The notes under the pieces: model-generated
Told to the model about the DNA's origin: nothing
Seen by the model: the letters and a program-made list of their open reading frames with translations, nothing else
Databases searched by the model: none
Position numbers and translations under genes: made by a program
NCBI RefSeq assembly: GCF_963921235.1
Contig: NC_086098.1
Location: 2,294,001 to 2,358,000, forward strand
Source of the DNA: Mobula hypostoma
Taxonomy: Eukaryota
Reading direction: 5' to 3'
Length of the DNA: 64,000 bases
In this document: in pieces, positions 1 through 11,575 of the stretch
Position numbering within the stretch: position 1 is the first letter of the stretch
Layout of the letters: every line of letters starts with the position of its first letter

Positions 1-600
1 GAATGAAAAGCCTCTTCCTGAGAGCAGACGTGGCAGAGATGGAGGAATTGAGAGAAGGGGATGGCATTTTTACAAGTAACAGGGTAGGAAGAGGTATAGT
101 CCAAGTATCTGTGAGAGTCTGTGGGTTTATAATAGATATCAGTAGATAAGCTGTCTCCAGAGACAGAGACAGAGAGAATCAAGAGGAGGGAGTTTTTAGA
201 AATGGACCATAAATTTGAGGCAAAGTTGATGAAGTCAACGAGTTCCACATGGGTACAGGAAGCAACACCAATGTGGTCATTGATGTAGCATAGGAAAAGT
301 GGAGGAGTGACATCAGTGTAAGATTAGAACATAGACTGTTCCAGGCAAAATGGCAGGCATAGCTGGGACCCATGCAAGCACCCATGGCTACTCCTTTTGT
401 TTGAAGCAAGTGGGAGAAGCTGAAGGAGAAATTATTGAGAGTGAGGACAAGCTCCACCAGGTGGAGAAGAGTGGTGGTGGAGGGCTACTGGCTGCGTCTG
501 GTGTCCAAAAAGAAACAGAGAGCTTTGAGGCCTTCCTGGCGGGGGATGGAGGGGTATAGGGACTGGACATCCATGATGCTCAGGGCCAGAGAACTTGAAA
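1..600 (-). mobile_element. Degenerate Penelope-like RT fragment
   Basis: LVLTLNNFSF...LQTKGVAMGACMGPSYAC (ORF 179-457), homologous to 30600-31100, with frameshifts. Confidence 0.88.
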
Positions 601-614
601 TCATTGTGTTGCTT

Positions 615-747
615 CCTCTCCTCCACCCCCACCTTCTTACGTTGACTCCTCATCTTTTTTTCTCCAGTCCTGCTGAAGGGTCGCGGCCCAAAACTTGACT
701 GTACTCTTTTCCGTAGATGCTGCCTGGCCTGCTGAGTTCCTCCAGCA
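615..747 (+). mobile_element. Penelope pLTR fragment, inverted relative to the adjacent RT piece; decayed hammerhead
   Basis: cagtcCTGCTGAagggtcgcggcccAAAActtgactg...gatgctgcctggcctgctgagttcctccagca; both catalytic boxes mutated. Confidence 0.75.
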
Positions 748-1196
748 AAGAGTTGACATCTTATACACACTGAACACATTGGCTAAAGACTAGAATCAGG
801 AAGGCATCAGAAATGCTTTTGGTTAAATAGTGCAGCAAAAAGACCTAGTGTTACTTAAGCTACCTTTTTCAGACTTTTTATGGGCTTGTCAATGTTGATT
901 TCTGGTCTATTGCGGGTGATTCCAACATGGAATACAGTTTACCTGACTTAACACACCAAACACATTTTTAATCATCCTGCGTCAGTATAACATCAGTCTG
1001 CATCAGTATATATTTTAAACAAATAATTTTAAATAATGTGTAATCAACTGGGAAACCAGATGCCAAAGTGCATATATATCGTGAGGGTTATCCCACATCA
1101 GCGATTATACAAGCATTCACTTTTGTCATGTGACAGAATTCTTATTCCTGGGTTATAATGTGCAAATACGACTATGATGGAAATAAAGGAAGCTAT

Positions 1197-1487
1197 ACAT
1201 GTAGTAGCCACTTAATTAAATACCTCCTGTTTCTAATAAAGTGGCCACTGAGTGTATGTTCATTGTCTCCAGCTGCTGTAGCCCATCCGCTTCAAGATTC
1301 AGCATATTGTGCATTCAGAGATACTCTCCTGCACACCTCTGTGTGGCTATTTGAGTTACCGCTGCCTTCCTGTCAGTTTGAACCATTCTGGCCATTCTCA
1401 TCTGACCACTCTCATTAACAAGGTATTTTTGCCCACAAAACTGCTGCTCACTGAATGTGTTTTGTTTTTCACACCATTCTCTGTAAA
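1197..1487 (-). mobile_element. Non-autonomous Tc1/mariner element fragment
   Basis: TIR-like ctaataaagtggccactgagtgta; minus-strand remnant YREWCEKQNTFSEQQFCGQKYLVNESGQMRMARMVQTDRKAAVTQI (Tc1 transposase HTH region). Confidence 0.8.
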
Positions 1488-1612
1488 TTAGCTCATCGAG
1501 TCTGCTCCGCCATTTCACCATGGCTGATCCAATTTTCCGCTCAGCCTCAATCTCCTTCCTTTTCCCCATATCCTTTCATGCCCTGACCATGCAAGAATCT
1601 ATCAACTTCTGC
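1488..1612 (-). mobile_element. CR1 3' end fragment
   Basis: catcgagtctgctccgccatttcaccatggctgatc is the reverse complement of the CR1 3'UTR seen at 43300-43390. Confidence 0.7.
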
Positions 1613-2682
1613 CTACAATTATCTGGAATGCAGTCATCGAAAGCATTGTATGATGGCAGTCCATTATCTGCACCAAGTGCTTGCACTAATTTTGTTCAGT
1701 CAAAAAAAAAACCTGTCAGTGTACACTGGATGAATTCCTCCATCGCCAGATATTAAGAACTGATGCACAGTTTGATTCTACTGTGGAGGAATTACTAGTA
1801 TTCTAGTTTGTTATGTATAATTTGTTACTCAGTTAAATGGTAGTTTGTCTTTTATTTAATGCTTTTTTGATGATGTCTATGAAATTTCAGCTAATTGGGG
1901 CATCCGCTTAGTTGTGCCAAAATGTACTGGTTCCGAGGTGTCCCAATTAACCGGAATCCTCTTTATTGGACATACGTATTGTAAAATAAATAAATCCTTA
2001 TTTTTTTCAGAAAACACATCTCCAAAATCACAAATCAACATTTGTGTGGGGTGAAAAGGAAAACAGTTTATAGTGGCAATGTTGGCACTGGATATAGTTT
2101 ATCTACCCACCCATCCAGAAACTCTCTCACTTTATGTCAGTCTGAAAATCGCAAATAAATTATGTATGGCATGTATTGGAACCAATAAAAGTTGCACCAT
2201 ACTTTATGTGCAGTAAATTTAATTCCAGATTGCACTTCACCCCACCAGGGCGACACGTTTACTACCAGTGAAAGATGAAAGCACTCTGAGCCGGCTGTAA
2301 GAGTCAGCAGTTCCACTGGGCACTCGGAGAATGAAGACTTTTGACAGATTGGTGGCCGAGACCTTGAAATTAAACGCCAGATCTCAGTTTCAGCCCAAAA
2401 GAACAGTATGCGTAGTCAGGGTCAGAGTTCTCAGCATTAAGGAAGTCAGCAGCTGAGAAGCAGATTTTCAAAGAGGCATTCAGATGACATAACGGTGCTG
2501 AGATATTAGACTTTCCCTGGGGCATTTCAAGTTCAAATTCAAGTTCAAGTTTATCATCATTCAGCTGTACATGTGTATACCATCAAATAAAACAAGTTTC
2601 CTCTAAATCAAGGTGCACAACTATGTGGATATAACTCACACACTACACATAATGTAATATTACCACAAATAGATTAACAAAT

Positions 2683-4358
2683 CATTCCTCTTATTATCTT
2701 GTACACCTCTATCATGTCTCCTCTCATCCTCCTTCTCTCCAAAGAGTAAAGCCCCAGCTCCCTTAATCTCTGATCATAATGCATACTCTCTAAACCAGGC
2801 AGCATCCTGGTAAATCTCCTCTGTACCCTTTCAATGCTTCCACATCCTTCCTATAGTGAGGTGACCAGAACTGGACACAGTACTCCAAGTGTGGCCTAAC
2901 CAGAGTTTTATAGAGCTGCATCATTACATCGCGACTCTTAAACTTTATCCCTTGATTTACGAAAGCTAACACCCCATAAGCTTTCTTAACTACCCTATCT
3001 ACCTGTGAGACAACTTTCAGGGATCTGTGGACATGTACCCCCAGATCCCTCTGCTCCTCCACACTACCAAGTATCCTGCCATTTACTTTGTACTCTGCCT
3101 TGGAGTTTGTCCTTCCAAAGTGTACCACCTCACACTTCTCTGGGTTGAACTCCATCTGCCATTTCTCAACCCACTTCTGCATCCTATCAATGTCTCCCTG
3201 CAATCTTCGACAATCCTCTACTCTATCCACAACACCACCAACTTTTGTGTCTTCTGCAAACTTACCAACATACCCTGCTACCCCAACATCCAGGTTGTTA
3301 ATAAAAATCACGAAACGTAGAGGTCTCAGAACCAATCCTTGTAGGACACCACTAGTCACAATCCTTCAATCTGAATCTACTCCCTCCACCACCACCCTCT
3401 GCCTTCTGCAGGCAAGCCAATTCTGAATCCACCTGGCCAAACTTCCCTGGACTTCTGACTTTCTGAATAAGCCTACCGTGTGGAACCTTGTCAAATGCCT
3501 TACTAAAATTCATGTAGATCACATCTACTGCACTACCCTCATCTATATGCCTGGTCACCTCCTCAAAGAACTCTATCAGGCTTGTTAGACTCGATCTGCT
3601 CTTCAGAAAGCCATGCTGACTGTCCCTGATCAGACCATGATTCTCTAAATGCCCATAGATCCTATCTCTAAGAATCTTTTCCAACAGCTTTCCCAACACA
3701 GATGTAAGGCTCACTGGTCTATAACTACCCAGACTATCCCTACTACCTTTTTTGAACAAAGGGACAAGATTCACCTCCCTCCAGTCCTCCTGTACCATTC
3801 CCGTGGACAACGAGGACATAAAGATCCTAGCCAGAGGCTCAGCAATCTCTTTCCTCACCTCGTGGAACAGCCTGGGGAATATTCCGTCAGGCCCCGGGAA
3901 CTTATCCATCCTAATGTATTTTATCAACTCCAACACCTCCTCTCCCTTAATATCTACATGTCAAAGGCCTTCTGACAATCCAAGTACACAACATCAACTG
4001 AATTTCCTTTGTCTATCTGCTTGCTATTTCTTCAAAGAACTCAAACAGAATCAATAGGCATGGTTTTCCCTTGAGTAAACCATGCTGACTAGGACCTATT
4101 TTACCATGTGCCTCCAAGTACCCCAAAATGACATCCTTAACCATCAACTCCAACATCTTCCCAACCACTGAGGTCAGACTAACTGGCCCATAATTTTCTT
4201 TCTTCTGCCTCTTTTCCTTCTTGAAAGTGGAATTTGCCATTCTACCAGAACCATTCCAGAAACTACTGATTCTTGAAAGATCATTACTAATACCTCCACG
4301 ATCTCTTCAGCTGCCTTGTTCAGACCCTGGGGTTACACCATTTGGTCCAGGTGACATC
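2683..4358 (-). mobile_element. Two abutting CR1 ORF2 (RT) fragments (2683-3960; 3961-4358)
   Basis: ORFs 2790-3359, 3352-3936 and 4013-4240 with YRPVSLTS, QHGF, KAFDKVPH, FAED, RPHLEYCVQFWSP. Confidence 0.92.
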
Positions 4359-4371
4359 TACCTTCTGACTT

Positions 4372-4765
4372 TCAACATGTCTTATGAGGATAGGTTGAGC
4401 TAGCTCGGGCTTTACTCATTGGAGCGAAGGAGGATGAGAGGTGACTTGATAGAGGCACAGATCAAGTGGACAGCCAGAAACTTCTTCCCAGTGTGGAAAT
4501 GGTTAATGCAAGGGGACATAATTTTAAAGCGATTGGAGGATGGTACAGAGGGAATGTCAGAGGTACCTGTGGGTTTTTTTCCCACCGAGAGTGGCGGGTG
4601 CCCGGGGTGGTAGTAGAGGCGAATATATTCGGGACATTTAAGAAGCTGTTAGAGAGGCACGTGGATGAAAGAAAAGCTATTTAGGAAGGAAAGATTAGAT
4701 TGATCTTGGAGTAGGTTAAAGGGTCGACTCAATATTGTGGACTGAGGGTCCTGTACTGTGCTCTA
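4372..4765 (+). mobile_element. CR1 3' fragment
   Basis: ERRRMRGDLIE, ARGHNFK, and 3'UTR ending ctgtactgtgctcta. Confidence 0.8.
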
Positions 4766-4889
4766 AAGCTCTGAGTGCTGTGAGGAGGAGTTAAAGAAAG
4801 TACATGTGTCCCACTGAAGGAAAGGTCCAATAATTTGATTTTTAAAAAATATTAGCACATTGTATCAATTAAATCTATGTTCCACATCA

Positions 4890-5890
4890 ATTCAAAGTTC
4901 AAAGTAAATTTATATTCAAAGTAGGCATATGTCAATATATAAGCCCTGAGGTTTATTTTCTTGCAGGCATTCACAGGAGATAAAAAAATACAATAGAATC
5001 AATGAAAAACTACAAAGATTGACAATCAATAAACAAAAGAAGACAAATTGTGCAAATACAAAATAAAACAAATAATCATAATAATAAATAAGTAGTAAAT
5101 AAGTTATATCCAGAACATGAGTTCTAGAGTCTTTGAAGGTGAGCCTATAGTTGTGGAATCAGTTCCACAACTGATGGTTGCTGGATCTCCGAGGCTCCTG
5201 TACCTCCCTCCTGATGGCAGCAGTGAGAAGAGAGCATGTCCTGGATGGTGGTGGTGGGAGAGAGTGGGGACAGCGCTTGCTGATGGACGCTGTGACAGTG
5301 CTCTGTGTAGATGTGATCAATGATGGGAAGGCCTTTCGTAAGACAGTTTTCCCTATAGATGATCCCAATTGTTGGGAGGGATTTCCTGTGTCAGCGTTCC
5401 CTGTAAATGTGATCAACAGTGGAGAGGGATTTCCTGTGACAATAATCCCAGTAGATGTGTCCAATGGTAGCGAGGGCTTTCCTGTAACAGCGTTCCCTGT
5501 AGATGTGATTGATGTGCGGAGGGCTTTCTTATGACAGCATTCCCTGTAAATGTGATCATTGATAGGGAGGGATTTCCTGTAACAGTGTTCCCTGTAGATG
5601 TTCCTAGTGGTGGGGAGGGATTTCCTGTGACAGTGTTTCCTGTAGATGTGATTAATGTGGGGAGGGCTTTCTTCTGTCAACATTCCCTGTAGATGTGATG
5701 AATGGTGGGGAGGAATTTCCTGTGACAGCATCCCCGGTAGATGTGATCAATGATGGGGAGGGCTTTCCTGTGACCGTATTCCCTGTAGATGTTGTCATTG
5801 ATGGTGAGAGCTCTCTTGTGACAGCATTTCCTGTAGATGTGCCCAATGGTGAGGAGGGATTTGCCCATGATTGACTGGGCTGTATTATTC
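4890..5890 (-). mobile_element. Rex1/Babar-type LINE 3' fragment containing an internal tandem expansion
   Basis: Tail ttcaaagttcaaagtaaatttat; minus-strand NTAQSIMGKSL... upstream of the array and a decayed C-terminal segment downstream, homologous to ORF 25570-26430. Confidence 0.75.
5310..5862. repeat. 48-bp minisatellite, about 11.5 diverged units
   Basis: Consensus gatgtgatcaatgrtggggagggmtttcctgtgacagcrttccctgta; units start at 5310, 5358, 5406, 5454, 5502, 5549, 5597, 5645, 5693 and onward. Confidence 0.95.
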
Positions 5891-6404
5891 ATTTCAAAAC
5901 CATAAGGGATTTCCATAGTAAAATAACATTAAGAGTGAACCCCAAAATCATCTTGCTAAAAAATTCCTGGTAACACCACTGAGATAAAGAATGAGTTTTC
6001 ATGACATTTTCCACTGTAGTGAACTAAAAGCCACATTCTGATGGAGAACATATGCTTTAGTCAGGATGTTGTGAAGAGGGTCTGGAGATTTATTTGTTGC
6101 TTTGGATCAGGCAATACAGAAAAGAAAACTGGCAGTTATCCCAGTTCCCTGCTGTGCAAACTCCGCATTATAAATGGCCCAATAACCAATAAATACCAAA
6201 TAATGGACGGCTCATAAAGAAATGATAAGGCTCTGCATATTGCATGTGAGAGGCCCACAAAGCATTCTAAATCCAGAGATCATAGCCTGATGATAATGAG
6301 TTCAAGGGTTAAATATTCTGCACTTTACTAAAATATGGAAGAAACCTGCATTCTAAAAATTAAAAAAAGCGTATATATCTCAGAGTTGTGGTAAGAATAT
6401 GTTC

Positions 6405-6775
6405 AGAAAGGTACCAGAAAAAGGCCAGCAATATCATGAAGGATCTCACTCCCTCCTACCCCCTGCCTATGGACTGTTTGTCCCACTCCCATCAGGGAGG
6501 AGGCTACACAACATCTACGCCAGGATCACTAGACTCAAAAACAGTTACTTTCCCTAAGCAGTAAGGCTGATCAACACCTCCACCCACTGATTCACCCCAT
6601 CACCCTCAACCACCAATACTTCCACATAATCTAGCTTCACTTTATCTCAGTCTATGTATTGATTTTATTGTGGATTTTTTTTTTTGCTTTTTATGCTGCA
6701 TCAGATCCGGAGTAACAAATTATTTTGTTCTTCTTTACACTTGTGAACTGAAGATTGACAAGAAACAATCTTCGC
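6405..6775 (+). mobile_element. Rex1/Babar-type 3' fragment
   Basis: aaaggccagcaatatcatgaaggatc...ccatcagggaggaggctac...aaacagttactttccc (KASNIMKD...LPSGRRL...NSYFP). Confidence 0.7.
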
Positions 6776-6824
6776 TTTTGAAGAAAACATGGTATCCCTG
6801 TGTCACAAAATGTGAGTGTCTTAG

Positions 6825-9790
6825 TCGGAATCGGAATCAGGTTTATTATCACCAGCATGTGACATGAAATTTGTTAACTTAGCAGCAGCAGTTCAATGCA
6901 AAACATAATCTAGCAGAGAGAGAAAAAAATAATAATAAAAATTTAAAAAATAAAAATAATAATAATAAATAAACATGTAAATCAATTACATGTGTTGAAT
7001 AGGTTTTAAAAAAATATGCAAAAACAGAAATACTGTATATTAAAAAAAAGTGAGATAGTGTCCAAAGCCTCAATGTCCATTTAGGAATCAGATGGCAGAG
7101 GGGAAGAAGCTGTTCCTGAATCACTGAGTGTGTACCTTCAGGCTTCTGTATCTCCAACCGGTAACAGTGAGAAACGGGCATGAGTTGGAGGTCTTTAATA
7201 ATGGACGCTGCCTTTCTGAGACACCGCTCTCTGAAGATGTCCTGGGTACTTTGTAGGCTAGTAGCCAAGATGGAGCTGACTAGATTTACAACCTTCTGCA
7301 GCTTCTTTCAATCCTGTGCAGTAGCCCCTCCATACCAGATAGTGATGCAGCCTGTCAGAATGCTCTCCACGGTACAACTATAGAAGTTTTTGAGCATATT
7401 TGTTGACATGCTAAATCTCTTCAAACTCCTCATGAAGTATAGCTGCTGTCTTGTCTTCTTTATAACTACATCGATATGTTGGGACCTGGTTAGATCCTCA
7501 GAGATCTTGACACCCAGGAACTTGAAGCTGCTCACTCTCTCCACTTCTGATCCCTCTATGAGGATCGGTATGTGTTCCTTTATCTTACCCTTCCTGAAGT
7601 CCACAATCAGCTCTTTCATCTTACTGACGGTGAGTGCCAGGTTGTTGCTGCTGCACCACTTAAATAGTTGGCATATCTCACTCCTGTACGCCCTCTTGTC
7701 ACCACCTGAAATTCTACCAAAAATGGTTGTATCGTCAGCAAATTTATAGATGGTATTTGAGCTATGCCTAGCCACACAGTCACATGTATATAGGAGGATA
7801 TGTTATCACCAATCCACACAGATTGTGGTCTTCCAGTTGGGAAGTCAAGGATCCAATTGCAGAGGGAGGTGCAGAGGGAGGTACAGAGGCCCAGGTTCTG
7901 CAACTTCTCAAGCAGGATTCTGGGAGGTGTGGTATTAAATGCTGAACTATAATCGATGAACAGCATCCTGACGTAGGTATTTATGTTGTCCAGGTGGTCT
8001 AAAGCCATGTGGAGAGCCATTGAGATTATGTCTGCCATTGTCCTCTTGTGGCGATAGGCAAAATGCAATGGGTTCAGGTCCTTGCTGAGGCAGGAGTTCA
8101 GTCTAGTCATGACCAACCTCTCAAAGCATTTCATCATTGTCGATGCGAGTGCTACCAGGCGATAGTCATTAAGGCAGTCCACATTAACCTTATTAGGCAC
8201 TGGTATAATTGTTGCCTTTTTGAAACAAGTGGAAACTTCCACCTGTAGCAGTGAGAGGTTGAAAATGGCCTTGAATACTCCTACTAGTTGGTTGGCACAG
8301 GTTTTCAGAGCCTTACCAGGTATTCCATCGGGACTTTACAGGGGTTCACTCTCTTTAAAGGCAGTCTAACATCGGCCTCTGAGACGGAGATCACAGGGTC
8401 ATTAGGTCTAGCAGGGATCATCACAGCTGTAGTTGTGTTCTCCCTTTCAAAGCATGCATAGAAGGCATTGAGTTCATCTGGTGGTGAGGCATCGCTACCA
8501 TTCGTGCTATTGGGTTTTGCTTTGTAGGAAGCAATGTCTTGCAGACCCTGCCCTGCCAGAGTTGCCGTGCATCCAATGTCGCTTTCAACCTCGTTCAAAA
8601 TTGTCCCTTCACCCTTGAAATAGTCCTTCACAAATCATACCTGGTTTTCTGGTACAGGCCTGGGTTATCAGACTTGAGTGCCACAGATCTGGCCTTCAAC
8701 TGATGACATACCTCCTGGTTCATCCACGGCTTTTGGTTTGGGAATGTACAGCAAGTCTTTGTGGGCACACACTCATCCACACAGGTTTTAATGAAGTTGG
8801 TAACTGCAGCGTACTCATCCAGGTTCGAAGCTGAATCCCTGAATTCAGTCCAGTCCACCAATTCAAAGCAGTCCTGTAGGTGCTCCTGTGCTTCCCTTGT
8901 CCATATCTTCTTGGTCCTCACTGCTGGTGCTGTAGTCTTCAGTCTCTGTCTATATTCAGGGAGGAAAAGTACAGCCAGGTGATCAGACTTCCCGAAGTGA
9001 GAGTGTGAAATAGCACGGTAGGCATTCCTGATGGTGGTGTAGTAATGGTCCCGTGTGTTGTTTCCTCTGGTATTGCAAGTGGTCTGTTGATAATAATTGC
9101 TTAGTGATTTTTTCAGACTGGCCTGGTTAAAATATTCCAAAACGATGGTGAAGGTGTTAGGGTGCACTGTTTCGTGCATGTTGATCCCAGTGCTCAGATC
9201 ATCTAAAGCCTGCTTGACATTGGCCTGAGGTGGAAGGTAAACTGCTACCAAACTGACCCCAGAGAACTCCTGTGGTAGGTAAAAAGGACAGAACTTTACT
9301 GCTAGATATTCCAGGTCTGGTGAGCAGAATTGAGACAGCGCTGATATATTTGTGCACCAAGAGTTGATCATGAAGCATATTGCTTTTGAGAGACTCTATA
9401 GATCTATCCTGACGGTGTATAGTAAACCCAACGATCTGGATCGCTGCATCCGGTACGGAAGGGGTTAACCAGGATAATGTGAAACAAAGGACCCACGCGA
9501 TCCTAATGTCCCTTTGATTCAGCACCCTAGCTCTGAGATCATCGATTTTATTCACCGAAGACTGCACGTTCGCCAGCAAGATAGTCAGTGTAGGGAGTTT
9601 AAAAGCCTGTTTCCTTAAATGCACTTGTAACCCCGCTCTACACCCGTGCTTCCTCCGAGGTGACCTCCGTGGGTGCTTCCGACCACAGTCAGTGTTGTTT
9701 CCATCGGTTTTAAGCAACAACAGTTCGCTTAAACACATTAAGACATCTTTGGTGACTGTATTGACCTTGGAAACAGTCCGTGTCTCTCTG
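6825..9790 (-). mobile_element. Near full-length degenerate Rex1/Babar-type LINE (APE endonuclease plus RT)
   Basis: ILLANVQSSVNKIDDL, GKSDHLAV, NDYRLVALASTMMKCFERLV, DYSSAFNT, KFADDTTI, FKFLGV across frameshifted ORFs 7308-9966; (gattcy)n tail at 6826-6840. Confidence 0.92.
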
Positions 9791-10161
9791 AGCCCAACTG
9801 TGAAGAGAAAACGTCTTAAACAACAATAACTGGAGGAAATAAGAGCTAGTATGTATTCCCATTCATTAGATTTATTGGCGATTTCTAACGGGCAAATGTT
9901 AAAATACATTGTTTGTGTATACAGTTTTAGGAACTGTGTACATGTGGTTAGGATGACCTTTGACACGCTATTGTATGAGCTGCATTTGCTAGTTAAATGA
10001 ACACCATCAAATATGGATGTTTGTTAAGAACTTCCTTTGCTTTACTGAACAATAATGTAGAAGGAACTAAAGACATTACAAATAACATTAACAGCAGTTA
10101 ATAATTATGATTACCATGCATCAATAATCATATGAGAGTCTCTAAACCAAAACAGAAAACA

Positions 10162-10513
10162 TACACTCAGTGCCCACTTTATAAGGTCCTTCCTATGTAC
10201 TGTATGTTCACGGTCTTCAGCTGCTGCAGCCCATCAACTTCAAGGTTTAACATGTTGTGCATTTCAGAGATGCTCTTCTGCAAACCACCGTTCTAACACA
10301 TGGTTATTTCAGTTACTGTCACACTTCTGTCAGTTTAAACCAGTCTGGCCATTCTCTGCTGACCTCTCTCATTAAAAAGGTGTTTTTGCACAAGGAATTG
10401 ATGCTCACTGGATGGTTCTTTCGTTTTTCACACCATTCTGCGTAAACCTGAGAGTCAGTTGTATGTGAAAATTCCAGGAGATCAGCAGTTTCTGAGATAC
10501 TCAAACCATCCCA
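10162..10513 (-). mobile_element. Non-autonomous Tc1/mariner element fragment, same family
   Basis: Starts tacactcagtgcccactttataagg (TIR); minus ORF SISETADLLEFSHTTDSQVYAEWCEK. Confidence 0.8.
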
Positions 10514-10829
10514 AAGAAAAGTCAGAAAGATCCACTCAGTTTTAATGAAGTTAATATCTGATCACACGTGAGGTAGGAAGAAGATTGAGAGAACAAATCG
10601 ATTTGAACATGAGCAAATCATAGGGACATGTTTGGCACAACTTTGTGGGCCGAAGGGCCTGTATTATGCTGTTGGTTTTCTATGTTTCTATTTCTTTACA
10701 ATAAGAAGCTTTCAAAGGCTGCTCATCTCTGTGATAGGTGGAAGCATTGACAAAGTTTACTTCATGGAAACGTTATACCTAATTGTGAGGGGATCATAGG
10801 CTTTAGCTTCCATTCCTTTGATTCAGGCA

Positions 10830-11190
10830 GATGGGCGCAGCTCATCTAGGAGAAAGGAAAGCTCTCATCTCAAACTTTTGCTGCCTTGTGGCTGTACCCA
10901 CTCATGGGGAAGGCTTCGGGAGTAAACCCCAAGGGAAAAATCTGGAGCTGGAGTCCCTAAAGCAGTCCTACTTTGAGTTCAACGTTGACTGGTAACACCT
11001 GTGATGTCGTTGGTGCCAAACGGTGTCGGTATCTGCCATTCCTTTCAATTCATCAGCTGTCTGGAGAGGGGAAGCTTGCCACGTGGGCAGCAGCTTGCTC
11101 TCCATATCATACTGTTCTGACCTGGATGTTGACTGATTTTTCTGCGGATCTGGGACAAAGTGTCCAACGTCAACTCCAACCAGTGGAGGG
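10830..11190 (+). mobile_element. Non-coding element resembling an RTE-type 5'UTR-derived SINE
   Basis: gcagctcatctaggagaaaggaaagctctcatctcaaac resembles the ggcaaccagtctaggagaaggaaaactctga motif I recall from RTE/Expander 5'UTRs; GC-rich block with no RT ORF. Confidence 0.45.
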
Positions 11191-11299
11191 TCTCCTCTCT
11201 GTTACACAACTTGTATGAATACAATGAGCTTTAGAGACTCTTGGTGATATAGAAGTCCGTAAAATCTTAAATTGTCTATTTATTCTAAATCATTGAAAC

Positions 11300-11575
11300 A
11301 CAGAAGATGGAACATTACATAGTACAGGCCCTTCGTCCCACAGTACCAAGCTTTTAACTCTGAGATCAGTCTAACCGTTACCATGCACATACAGTAGCCC
11401 TCCATTTCTCCATCATCCATGCACCTATCTAAGGATTTCTTAAATAACCCTAATGTAACAGCCTCTATCACCAGCCCCAGCATGACACTACAAGTAGCCA
11501 TCACTCTCTGTTTAACCATCTTATCTCTGACATCCCCCCCCATACTTTCTTCCAATCACTTAAAAATGATGCACC
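11300..11575 (-). mobile_element. CR1 3' fragment
   Basis: VIEAVTLGLFKKSLDRCMD plus 3'UTR gaagggcctgtactatg. Confidence 0.75.

Noticed and set aside
5310..5862. CRISPR-like regular array
   Set aside because: Whole 48-bp units are homologous with no unique spacers; vertebrate context; derives from LINE sequence.
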